A stretch of 58,070 nt of DNA from a virus (lineage: Duplodnaviria; Caudoviricetes): positions 1 to 58,070 of IMG/VR virus record IMGVR_UViG_3300048672_000503; one strand, written 5' to 3'. Below are positions 47,370-56,194 of this stretch, one piece after another (position 1 is the first letter of the stretch; every line of letters begins with the position of its first letter). The position numbers and the translations under genes were made by a program. The notes under the pieces were generated by a model. It was not told the DNA's origin, did no database searches, and was given only the letters and a program-made list of their open reading frames with translations.

Positions 47370-47593
47370 TGATATGTTGGCATTGTGGAAGGAAATTGCT
47401 TGATTCATTTGCAACAGTTGTTGATCCAATAGGAAATATTCACAAAACACATAAGAGTTGTAAGAAATCGGCAGAAAATTCAATTCACATTACAGATTTG
47501 AAGACTGCATTTGAAATTGAAAATCCAGAAGTTTTCACTGTTGATGTTGAAAATCCAGATTATGCATTAAACAAAAATTGGGTGGATGTATGA
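47366..47593 (+). CDS. Small zinc-finger-like protein
   Basis: CWHC..H..C. Confidence 0.55.
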   Translation: MMICWHCGRKLLDSFATVVDPIGNIHKTHKSCKKSAENSIHITDLKTAFEIENPEVFTVDVENPDYALNKNWVDV

Positions 47594-47841
47594 AATTAAT
47601 TAAAAATTTGTTGTGCTTTGTGTGTGATTTGATGCCAATATATTTTGACACACATCACATATATTTTGATGAAGATGAAAAAATACTTCTTGGGCAAAGA
47701 TTTGTTGATGGTGATGAATATTTGTGTTTGCCTATTGAAACAATATGTTTGGTCAAATATCACACTCTTAGTAAAGTGATTGTTGCACTGAATCATGTGT
47801 TTGTTTATGATACAATTTCTACTGAGACTTGGAATGGATAA
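47590..47841 (+). CDS. Hypothetical protein
   Basis: ATGA-coupled ORF. Confidence 0.5.
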   Translation: MKLIKNLLCFVCDLMPIYFDTHHIYFDEDEKILLGQRFVDGDEYLCLPIETICLVKYHTLSKVIVALNHVFVYDTISTETWNG

Positions 47842-47903
47842 TGGGCTTTGCTTGGCTTTTATCATGGGCTGGTTTGATAGGCTTGAGCTTAGATTAAGCT
47901 ATA

Positions 47904-48188
47904 TTGATGCCTATGATAAAAGCAGAAATAAACAAATTTGGAGAGAGCATTATGAGCTTAGATATGAATGATCAATTATGGTGGAAAGGCAAGACAACAA
48001 CTTATTCAAAAAATAAAGATGGTGAGGTTGATAGCATGAAGCTGGTGAGCACCAAACGGTGCCCTGTTTGTAATGATGATCAGCTTGGATTGATTAGAAC
48101 TCAAAACATTAAAATTTGCTCTAATTGCTCACCCAAGTTTACTATTATTCCATGGCATTTGGATCCAGGACAAAAGGCAATTTTATGA
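47904..48188 (+). CDS. Small zinc-ribbon protein
   Basis: CPVC..CSNC. Confidence 0.55.
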   Translation: MMPMIKAEINKFGESIMSLDMNDQLWWKGKTTTYSKNKDGEVDSMKLVSTKRCPVCNDDQLGLIRTQNIKICSNCSPKFTIIPWHLDPGQKAIL

Positions 48189-48382
48189 GACCTGAAAGTG
48201 AAAGCAGCAAAGTTGATGAGTATTACAAGAATTGGCACATAACCTGGGCTGGCAATAGTTCTGGAATCAATATTTTCACAGCCACTAATGATGGTTGTGA
48301 AAAGATAGGAGCAACTGATGTTCCTGTGCTGAAGAAGATGATTGATTTTTTAGCGATAGAGGATGATAAAAAGTTTAGGTAG
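48185..48382 (+). CDS. Hypothetical protein
   Basis: ATGA-coupled start MRPESE. Confidence 0.5.
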   Translation: MRPESESSKVDEYYKNWHITWAGNSSGINIFTATNDGCEKIGATDVPVLKKMIDFLAIEDDKKFR

Positions 48383-48419
48383 GTAAGTAGTAAGGGCTTA
48401 TATTAAAACATCGTAGTGA

Positions 48420-48692
48420 TTGAATTTATGGGGTAGGATTATGTTTTTTAGATGGCTGCCACCTATTAATTTATTAAATGTGGAGACTTTATATATGAGA
48501 GAGAGGAAAAGAAATGTTGAGCTTGATAAAAGAGCTGATAGCCTTAAGTTGAAACCAACAAAAATGCAAACAAATAATTTTAACAATGTGCCAATAGCAC
48601 CGCGGAAAAGTGACATTGACATAATACGCGGTGAGCGAATGGCTTTATGTTCAATGCTGAAGTATAAAAACAGAGTAAGGCAAGGGGGATGA
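48420..48692 (+). CDS. Basic hypothetical protein
   Basis: ORF in operon; start uncertain. Confidence 0.45.
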   Translation: MNLWGRIMFFRWLPPINLLNVETLYMRERKRNVELDKRADSLKLKPTKMQTNNFNNVPIAPRKSDIDIIRGERMALCSMLKYKNRVRQGG

Positions 48693-48693
48693 T

Positions 48694-48933
48694 GTGACAA
48701 CTATTGATATTGTTTTATGTTATGTTATTTTTTGTGTGATTGTGCTGGGTGCTTTTTTATTAAAGCATATTTGGCAAGAAGGATTTGCCAAAACAGAAAA
48801 CGATATGAATATGTTGAGCTCAGAAACAAATTGGGTGATCAAAGTTTTAGAAGATCACATTGAAAAATGTCAAATTGAATCGTGGAACACAACTGCCAAA
48901 GCAATTTTGATGACAATTAGGAGAAGGAAATGA
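48694..48933 (+). CDS. Membrane-anchored hypothetical protein
   Basis: N-terminal TM; C-terminal CQIESWN motif. Confidence 0.6.
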   Translation: MTTIDIVLCYVIFCVIVLGAFLLKHIWQEGFAKTENDMNMLSSETNWVIKVLEDHIEKCQIESWNTTAKAILMTIRRRK

Positions 48934-49316
48934 TTTTGGATAAAATTAGATTGAAATGTTGGCTTGTTGAGTTTATGTTGCTTGCCATCATTGGCTCTGC
49001 TGCTGGCTTGTACTTGGAAAATGATTGGCTATTGAATGCTAATCTGCTGTTATTTGCCACTGGTGTTTTGTGGCTTGTTAAAGTGTGTATTTATGATTAC
49101 TGGGAAAGAAAAATGACACAAGACAATGCAATGTCAATTGATTGTGATGATGATAGTGACTTTTCAGCAGCTAGCTTCCGCAAAATAGGTGCTTATGAAG
49201 AGCGTGAAGACATAATAAACATGCTTGAAAATCTTATTGATTCATGTCAGATTGAACCATGGAACCAAACTGCCAAATTAGCTTTGGACAAGATCAAGAG
49301 AAGGGGGATGGGATGA
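48930..49316 (+). CDS. Two-TM hypothetical protein
   Basis: Two TM segments; C-terminal CQIEPWN motif. Confidence 0.6.
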   Translation: MILDKIRLKCWLVEFMLLAIIGSAAGLYLENDWLLNANLLLFATGVLWLVKVCIYDYWERKMTQDNAMSIDCDDDSDFSAASFRKIGAYEEREDIINMLENLIDSCQIEPWNQTAKLALDKIKRRGMG

Positions 49317-49519
49317 GGCTAATTAAAGAATATTGGCATTTAATCATTCAGTGTATTATTTGCTGGTGTCATGGCTTTAGGACTAAAACAGGTGCTGAGC
49401 CATGGCTGCTAAAGCAAGCATTGAAGGAGAATGCTAGGCACCCCCCAGGCAGTCAAATGAATCCTGCACGATTTGGTGCTACTCATGATCGAAAATGGCT
49501 GAAAAGACTCTTTTTGTAA
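49313..49519 (+). CDS. Hypothetical protein
   Basis: ATGA-coupled start MRLIKEY. Confidence 0.5.
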   Translation: MRLIKEYWHLIIQCIICWCHGFRTKTGAEPWLLKQALKENARHPPGSQMNPARFGATHDRKWLKRLFL

Positions 49520-49852
49520 AATGGTCGTTTTCGTGGATAGGTGTGGCGGTCGAAAATCGAGAAATCAAAAGTTTTTTAAAAAAGTTTTCCATCCTAGCAC
49601 ATCCTAGCTTTTTACAGAAAATTTGTAATTTCAAAATGCCTACTTGGTGTGAGTGTTAAAGTTCATTGATGAATTGCAATCAGACTTTTGATAATTTTCT
49701 ATAGTTTGTTTGTAATTGTGACGAGAACATAGTCAATTTACAAAAATTTTTGAATTAAGCCGGGATGGGCTAGGATGGGTATTTTTTGTGGTTTATTTGT
49801 TAACTTGTTGATTCATAAGCACTAACGATGCTGTGGATATAAAAGGTTAAAT

Positions 49853-49985
49853 AGGCATCCTAGCCCATCCCGGATCATACTAGGATAAAAGATATTTATA
49901 ATATTAAATAGAAAAACATATATAATTAATATAATATAATAAACAGTATTTTAGCTAGTGTGAACCGGGATGGGCTAGGATGCCT
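49853..49985. repeat. Inverted-repeat element copy 2 (31-bp arms, AT-rich core)
   Basis: 49853-49883 vs 49955-49985, two mismatches; homologous to 5718-5844. Confidence 0.9.
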
Positions 49986-50028
49986 TTTAAGTCTTCTAGT
50001 TCTAGCTATTTTGGTAAAATAAAAAAAC

Positions 50029-50057
50029 TTTACTTTCGGTGGTGCTTATAGTATAAG
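50029..50057 (+). promoter_or_regulatory. Putative sigma70-type promoter
   Basis: TTTACT-N17-TATAAG with upstream A tract; same -35 as the cassette promoter. Confidence 0.5.
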
Positions 50058-50193
50058 CAAGATTATTTATAAATTTCGTTATTTTTATCGAAAAGCGTAT
50101 AATATAAATTCTGTTTTGTCCTAGGCATAGGCGCAAGTGATTTGAACCCAAGTTTTAAATCGGCAAAACAGAATAACTTAATTTACTTGGGGA

Positions 50194-50553
50194 ATGATAG
50201 TGTCGTATGCAAGAGAGGATTTCAGAGAGACTTCAAAACAAAAACTGAAGGGAATCATCGAAAATGAATTTAAAAATAACATCATACTTGCCTGTGATGT
50301 TTATGAATACATAAGTGATTGTGTATCACGCGATATAATAGATGATAGAAGTGGAATAACGGCAATAGTCGATTCGATATTAAGACAGCTTGACTATGTT
50401 AAACTTAATAATCCATCAAGTAACAACAATGTTTGGGTTATAAATAAAAACGATCGTGCAATAAATTCATTTATCTATAAAAAGAAAGAACAAGATGGTG
50501 ATGTTACAAAAATAAAATATACAGGCTACACACGTTATCCTGATTGCATTTAA
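50194..50553 (+). CDS. Hypothetical protein resembling the primase C-terminal domain
   Basis: L.YV...NP......W pattern shared with the end of 45153-47369. Confidence 0.55.
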   Translation: MIVSYAREDFRETSKQKLKGIIENEFKNNIILACDVYEYISDCVSRDIIDDRSGITAIVDSILRQLDYVKLNNPSSNNNVWVINKNDRAINSFIYKKKEQDGDVTKIKYTGYTRYPDCI

Positions 50554-50572
50554 ACAAACACAAAATAACATT

Positions 50573-51037
50573 ATGACAGAAGAAAAGAAAAAGAATCCAA
50601 TTGGCAGACCAAGAAAGAGACTTGATGAACTTAATCCAAATTGGAAACAAATAATATTTGATGCTGCTCAAGATGGTGAAGGCCCAACTGCATGGAAGGT
50701 TTATTTGGGACTAGGGCATGAGACATTTCAAAATATGAAGGAGGATTATCCAGAGTTTAATACCGCTGTTCAAGAGGCCATGATATTAAATTTGCATTAT
50801 TGGGAGAATGAAGGTCGTGATTTAGTGCGTGGTCGCATCAAGGGAAATGGCAATGTTTATGCCTTAATTATGAATAATAAGTTTGGTTACAACTCAAGCA
50901 GAAATGAAACGAAACTTGTCGCAGAAGTCAAGGCAGATGTTGTAACAGCCACTCGTGATCTGACAAAAGATGAATTGCTTGCCCAACTCAAAAGTCGTGG
51001 CTTGCCAACTTCATTGTTGATTGAACAAAAGGATTAG
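50573..51037 (+). CDS. terS: Terminase small subunit
   Basis: GRP motif, YPEF..A, MNNKFG; upstream of TerL. Confidence 0.75.
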   Translation: MTEEKKKNPIGRPRKRLDELNPNWKQIIFDAAQDGEGPTAWKVYLGLGHETFQNMKEDYPEFNTAVQEAMILNLHYWENEGRDLVRGRIKGNGNVYALIMNNKFGYNSSRNETKLVAEVKADVVTATRDLTKDELLAQLKSRGLPTSLLIEQKD

Positions 51038-51039
51038 TC

Positions 51040-51363
51040 GTGCATCCAGAAGTCAAAGAAATCATCACAAAAGCAATGAATGTTGCAAAATATGCCAAGG
51101 CAGAATACAAAGTCAAAGCTGATGCTGCAAAAACAAACAATGAGTCCACTGGTGGCTGGGAGTTGGACAATGGATACTTGAATAATTCAGATTGCAAGCC
51201 TGCTGGAACAAACGCATCACGTTGTATTGACTTAACAGAAGTGTTGGCACGTATAAAATCAATAGCAGATTTAGCACCATCAGATAGACAAGATTCAATT
51301 GATGCCATAAAGATGCATTGGAGACAGTGCATGGATTCATTTTTGCCAAAACCAAATGTCTAA
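51040..51363 (+). CDS. Hypothetical protein between TerS and TerL
   Basis: 107 aa, coupled to TerL. Confidence 0.55.
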   Translation: MHPEVKEIITKAMNVAKYAKAEYKVKADAAKTNNESTGGWELDNGYLNNSDCKPAGTNASRCIDLTEVLARIKSIADLAPSDRQDSIDAIKMHWRQCMDSFLPKPNV

Positions 51364-52801
51364 AGTCTACACCATCCAAGATTTGGATTTGCTTGAACAA
51401 CTTGCTATTCTTGAAGCGCGTGAAGACTTTTATGCGTTCAGGAAGTTGATTCACCCAAAAATGAAAACTGGGTGGTTTACACGTTCAATCAGCCATCATC
51501 TTCAAGACTTCTATGTTGAGTGGATGGCTGGCAATCGACCCAAATTAGCAATCAGCACACCACCTCAACACGGCAAGTCATCAGCAGTTGTTGACTTCAT
51601 TGCTTGGTGCGCAGGTAAAAACCCAGAAAAGCGTGTGATCTTTTCATCTTTCAGTGAAAGATTGGGAGTGCGCTCCAATATGGCTCTGCAAAGAATATAT
51701 GGATCAAAACGCTATCAGGACATATTCCCAAATACAAAGCTAGGGGGCATCTGCAACCGCGAACTGCTGGAGTATGTAGGGTCGGAAGGCTACTTCAGAA
51801 ACACAACTGTACGAGGCTCTATCACTGGAGAATCGCTAGATTTGGGAATAATAGACGATGCCATCAAAGGTCGTGAAGCCGCAAACAGCGAAACAATCCG
51901 TGAAGCAGTATGGGAATGGCTCACAGATGACTTTTTTACTAGGTTCAGCGATGAAGCTGGACTGCTGGTTGTTGCAACTAGATGGCATGTTGACGATCCA
52001 ATTGCCAGGCTTGAAGCTGAGCTTGGCAGTGGATTGAAAGTAATCAACTATCCAGCTTTGGCTGAGCAAGATGAAAAATACAGGAATGAAGGTGAGCCAC
52101 TATTCCCTGAGTTGAAGTCAATAGATTTTTTGAATAGCGTCAAAAAGATAATGGCACCACTAAGTTGGTTATCATTATTCCAGGGAACACCAAAAGTCCA
52201 AGGCGGACAGCTTATCCACACAGAGCATTTCAACTATTATAATGTTTTGCCATTGCTTGAATATCGCTGTATTTATGCTGATACTGCGATGAAAACAAAA
52301 GAAAGGAATGACTTTTCAGTTTTACAATGCTGGGGGAAAGGCAAGGATGGTCGCATATACATGGTTGATATGATTCGAGGCAAATGGGAAGCACCTGAGC
52401 TTGAACGAAAGACAATTGCATTTTGGAATAAACATCATGCAATGACCAACCAAAATACTGGACAATTGAGAAGTCTCAAAGTTGAAGACAAAGCATCAGG
52501 CACTGGCTTGATACAAAAGATTAGGACAATTATTGATCCGCTGATACCTGTTGAAGCTGTTCAAAGAAACATTGACAAACTTCAAAGATGGAATGATGTT
52601 GCTGGCTATCAAGAGTCAGGTTATGTATTCTTACCTGAAAATGCAATTTGGCTATCTGACTTCTTGACAGAATGTGAATCATTCAGTTCTGATGACAGCC
52701 ATCTTCATGATGACCAGATTGATCCGATGATGGATGCCATTGTTGATATGGTGTCTGTTCAAAATGAAATGGGAATATGGGGTGCTTTGGGAAAAAGATG
52801 A
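51356..52801 (+). CDS. terL: Terminase large subunit
   Basis: PPQHGKS Walker A, IIDD Walker B, TRWH.DD, DTA, VEDKASG, HDDQID. Confidence 0.95.
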   Translation: MSKVYTIQDLDLLEQLAILEAREDFYAFRKLIHPKMKTGWFTRSISHHLQDFYVEWMAGNRPKLAISTPPQHGKSSAVVDFIAWCAGKNPEKRVIFSSFSERLGVRSNMALQRIYGSKRYQDIFPNTKLGGICNRELLEYVGSEGYFRNTTVRGSITGESLDLGIIDDAIKGREAANSETIREAVWEWLTDDFFTRFSDEAGLLVVATRWHVDDPIARLEAELGSGLKVINYPALAEQDEKYRNEGEPLFPELKSIDFLNSVKKIMAPLSWLSLFQGTPKVQGGQLIHTEHFNYYNVLPLLEYRCIYADTAMKTKERNDFSVLQCWGKGKDGRIYMVDMIRGKWEAPELERKTIAFWNKHHAMTNQNTGQLRSLKVEDKASGTGLIQKIRTIIDPLIPVEAVQRNIDKLQRWNDVAGYQESGYVFLPENAIWLSDFLTECESFSSDDSHLHDDQIDPMMDAIVDMVSVQNEMGIWGALGKR

Positions 52802-53214
52802 CAACAGAAATTAAAATAGATTGGTTTAACAGAACTCTTTTTTTAAAAGAATCACCAACAAAAAGCAAGCCACACTTGTTGATTGGTGTGTATTATAGTG
52901 GCGTAACATTCAAAGGTGTAGATATTATGTTTTTATTACCAGATGACAAAACAGCGACAGTTGTTGTATCAGCAGTTGATGCAAAGGGTTTTACAGCTCA
53001 AGTTGAAGGTGTTGAGTTCTCAAGCTCAGATGAAACTATTGTGACCGTTGATTCTGCTGGTGTCATGACTCCAGTTGGCATTGGCTCTGCTACAATCAAT
53101 GTTGTTGCTGATGCTTTAATCGGTGAAGGTGTTGAAGCATTGGTTGGTTTGCTTGAAGTGACTACTGTTGCTGGCAAAGCAGTGTCTTTAAATGTGACGG
53201 CAGTATTGTCATAA
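52798..53214 (+). CDS. Ig-like (Big_2) domain protein
   Basis: VEFSSSDETIVTVDSAG..T....GSATI; start uncertain (52798 or 52927). Confidence 0.7.
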   Translation: MTTEIKIDWFNRTLFLKESPTKSKPHLLIGVYYSGVTFKGVDIMFLLPDDKTATVVVSAVDAKGFTAQVEGVEFSSSDETIVTVDSAGVMTPVGIGSATINVVADALIGEGVEALVGLLEVTTVAGKAVSLNVTAVLS

Positions 53215-53234
53215 TTTAAAGCTAGTTTAATCCG

Positions 53235-53272
53235 TGGCTATCCCGTATAATTTATATGCGATAGCCATTTTT
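53235..53272 (+). terminator. Rho-independent terminator-like hairpin
   Basis: TGGCTATC..GATAGCCA followed by T5. Confidence 0.6.
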
Positions 53273-53285
53273 ATTAGATAATGAA

Positions 53286-55142
53286 ATGCCAAAACAAGAA
53301 ATAGACATCAATCAAGCAATTGAGCTTGCAAAGCTGGAAGAAGCCAAGCAATTGGAATCTAGCAAAACATCAGACAGCTTTCAGAATTTTGAGCACAATC
53401 TTGGTATTGGTGCTAACAATGCCATGTCTTCAAGCACTTATGGATTCAACCCAATCACCCGCAACAGGACATTGTTGGAATGGATTTATCGTGGCTCTTG
53501 GCTGGGTGGCGTTGCGGTTGATGTTAAAGCTGATGATATGACACGTGGTGGAGTTGACATAATCGGTGAAACAGAACCTGACAAAGTTCAAGAAATTGAA
53601 GAGGAAATTGTCAAGCTTGGAATATGGAATAGCATCAATGAAGCATTAAAGTGGTCATATTTGTACGGTGGTTCAATAGCCGTCATGCTTGTTGATGGGC
53701 AAGATATTGAAACACCATTAAGACTCTCAACAATAAAAAAAGACCAATTCAAGGGATTGCTTGTTATGGATCGTTGGATGGTTGAGCCCAGCCTTAATGA
53801 TCTTGTCACAGAATATGGCCCAAGTCTGGGTCTGCCAAAATTCTATCGTGCTACAGCAATGGCACCTGCGCTTGTTAATCAAAAAATACACTACAGCAGA
53901 ATCATACGATTTGAAGGCATAAAATTGCCTTATTGGCAGCGTGTGATGGAAAACTTGTGGGGCCTGTCAGCCCTTGAGAGACTGTATGACAGAATGATAG
54001 CTTTTGACTCTGCCACAACAGGCGCAGCCCAATTGGTTTACAAGTCATACATCCGCAACTATAAAATTAAAGGATTGAGACAAGTTGTTGCCATTGGTGG
54101 TGATGCTTTAGAAGGCCTATCAAGATATGTGGAGATGATGCGCAGATTTCAAGGGATTGAAGGCATGACATTGCTTGATTCTGAAGATGAATATGCAGCT
54201 GATGCTCACAGTGCATTTGGTGGATTGTCAGACATCATGAGCCGCTTCATGGAACAATGCAGTGGTGCTCTTCAAATACCATTAGTGCGTTTATTCGGCC
54301 AAAGTCCATCAGGATTCAGTACTGGTGACACTGACTTGCGCAATTACTATGACACTGTAAATCAAGCACAAGAAAAAGACTTGAAGGTTGGTGTCACAAA
54401 GATTTACAAAGCTGTAGCAGCATCGCTTGGACAAGAAACTCCAGATGGCTTTGGATTAATGTTCAGAAGTTTGTGGCAAATGTCAGATGTTGAAAAAGCA
54501 GATGTCGCAAGTAAAAATGTTGAAACAATTGCTCGTGCTGAAGAATCAGGATTGACAGATCGTGTAACATCTTTGAGAGAGCTAAAGCAGCAATCCAAAG
54601 TCACAGGAATGTTTACCAACATCACTGATGAAATCATTGATGAAGCTGAAAATGAACCACCACCCATCCCTGAAGATGTAGAAATTGCTCAAATAAGAGC
54701 AGATGCCACAGAAAACAATAACACTCCAACTCAAATACCAGCTCAAACACAAACAGCTCCAAAAACAAAAGACAACAAGACAGTGTTTGCTGCTGGTATT
54801 CTTTTTATCACCGATTCAGGCAAAGTTTTATTTTTGAAAAGAAGTGAAAAAGCAGTTCATGGCGGTGAATGGGGATTGCCAGGTGGAATGATTGAAGATG
54901 GCGAAACGCCAGAGCAAGCAGCAAGGCGCGAGTGCTTAGAAGAAACTGGATTTGATTACAAAGGATTGATGATGCTGGTTGATACAGGAGATGGCTTTGC
55001 AACTTATGTTGCTCCAATTATGACAGGCTACACTGCCAAGTTGAATGATGAATCACAAGTATCAATCTGGCAAGACCCAAACCACATGAATGGATTGCAC
55101 CCCAATTTGGCGCATGTTTTACATAAATTAAATTTGAGATAA
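53286..55142 (+). CDS. Portal protein (DUF1073 type) with C-terminal Nudix hydrolase
   Basis: YRGSWL..VD..ADDMTR, IHYSR, IPLVRLFGQSP.G portal motifs; Nudix box GGMIEDGETPEQAARRECLEETGF. Confidence 0.9.
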   Translation: MPKQEIDINQAIELAKLEEAKQLESSKTSDSFQNFEHNLGIGANNAMSSSTYGFNPITRNRTLLEWIYRGSWLGGVAVDVKADDMTRGGVDIIGETEPDKVQEIEEEIVKLGIWNSINEALKWSYLYGGSIAVMLVDGQDIETPLRLSTIKKDQFKGLLVMDRWMVEPSLNDLVTEYGPSLGLPKFYRATAMAPALVNQKIHYSRIIRFEGIKLPYWQRVMENLWGLSALERLYDRMIAFDSATTGAAQLVYKSYIRNYKIKGLRQVVAIGGDALEGLSRYVEMMRRFQGIEGMTLLDSEDEYAADAHSAFGGLSDIMSRFMEQCSGALQIPLVRLFGQSPSGFSTGDTDLRNYYDTVNQAQEKDLKVGVTKIYKAVAASLGQETPDGFGLMFRSLWQMSDVEKADVASKNVETIARAEESGLTDRVTSLRELKQQSKVTGMFTNITDEIIDEAENEPPPIPEDVEIAQIRADATENNNTPTQIPAQTQTAPKTKDNKTVFAAGILFITDSGKVLFLKRSEKAVHGGEWGLPGGMIEDGETPEQAARRECLEETGFDYKGLMMLVDTGDGFATYVAPIMTGYTAKLNDESQVSIWQDPNHMNGLHPNLAHVLHKLNLR

Positions 55143-55146
55143 TACG

Positions 55147-55419
55147 ATGAATACAGCAGGTTTGAAAGGCACCATATCAGCAGGCAACCCAAGTCCAGTT
55201 GTTGTACCAGTATTGGGAGCAGGTAGTCCACAGCCACCCTATTCTGTTGTATTCACAACAGCAGCTGGCGCAGCAACTTTCAGCTTTGATGGTGGTACAA
55301 TTTACCAAACTATCGCAGCAAGCATCAGTGCAGGTGGCCAGTTGGTTTATTACATTAATCAACCAATCACTCATGTGAAGTTTACTGGTGCCAATACAGA
55401 AACATACCAAATATTGTAA
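55147..55419 (+). CDS. Small beta-rich hypothetical virion protein
   Basis: 90 aa between portal and MuF. Confidence 0.6.
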   Translation: MNTAGLKGTISAGNPSPVVVPVLGAGSPQPPYSVVFTTAAGAATFSFDGGTIYQTIAASISAGGQLVYYINQPITHVKFTGANTETYQIL

Positions 55420-56193
55420 ATGTCCCAGGCAAGCTCAAAATACAAAGCAAGACAGCGATATAAGCTGGCCTCGCGCCTAGAAATGGAGTATTTAAAATCC
55501 CTACGCGCGATTGTAAAAAACATTGATCACATGACTAAGTCTATGATCAATGAAAATATGTCTGAAAGTGAATTGAAAGTTGCCCAAAGCTCATTATCCA
55601 AAATGCTTAATGACTATGGCAATACCATTGAACCATGGGCAAAAGCCAATGCTCAAAAAATGCTCAATAAGGTTGCCAAAGCGGATGAAGCAGATTGGGT
55701 ACAACTAGGCAGACAGATTGGAAGTGAATTGAAAAAGGAATTACAAACTGCACCAACAGGCGATTTGCTGAAGAAGTTTCTTGGTGAACAAGTGTCATTA
55801 ATCACCAGCTTGCCAATTGAAGCAAGCAATAGAGTTCATGAGATGACACTTAAAGGAATAACCACAGGAGAGCGGGCAAATTCAATCGCTGCAAAGATTT
55901 TAGAGACAGGTGATGTTACCCTATCTAGGGCAAAATGCATCGCCAGAACTGAAGTTGCAAGGACTGCATCTGGCTTGACAATGGCAAGAAGCAAGCACAT
56001 TGGTGTTACACATTATTATTGGAGAACTTCTGCTGATGGATCAGTTAGAGAGAGCCACAAACACATGAATGGAAAGATATGCGAATGGAATGCACCACCT
56101 GAAGTTGAGCCAGGAATGCATTATCATGCAGGGATGATTTACAATTGCAGATGCTATCCAGAACCGATATTAGATCACAATAAGGCAAATTAA
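55420..56193 (+). CDS. Head morphogenesis protein (MuF / SPP1 gp7)
   Basis: RAK.IARTE, W.T..D..VR.SH..M.G, G..YNCRC. Confidence 0.92.
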   Translation: MSQASSKYKARQRYKLASRLEMEYLKSLRAIVKNIDHMTKSMINENMSESELKVAQSSLSKMLNDYGNTIEPWAKANAQKMLNKVAKADEADWVQLGRQIGSELKKELQTAPTGDLLKKFLGEQVSLITSLPIEASNRVHEMTLKGITTGERANSIAAKILETGDVTLSRAKCIARTEVARTASGLTMARSKHIGVTHYYWRTSADGSVRESHKHMNGKICEWNAPPEVEPGMHYHAGMIYNCRCYPEPILDHNKAN

Positions 56194-56194
56194 A

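Larger units (their letters stand above)
49520..50190. other. Largest non-coding region; candidate replication origin / control region
   Basis: No ORF over 60 aa; AT-rich; two inverted pairs of CATCCTAGC repeats; about 2 kb downstream of the primase. Confidence 0.5.

Noticed and set aside
50130-50160. tRNA (GGTTCAAATC on the - strand)
   Set aside because: The T-stem does not pair and no cloverleaf can be built
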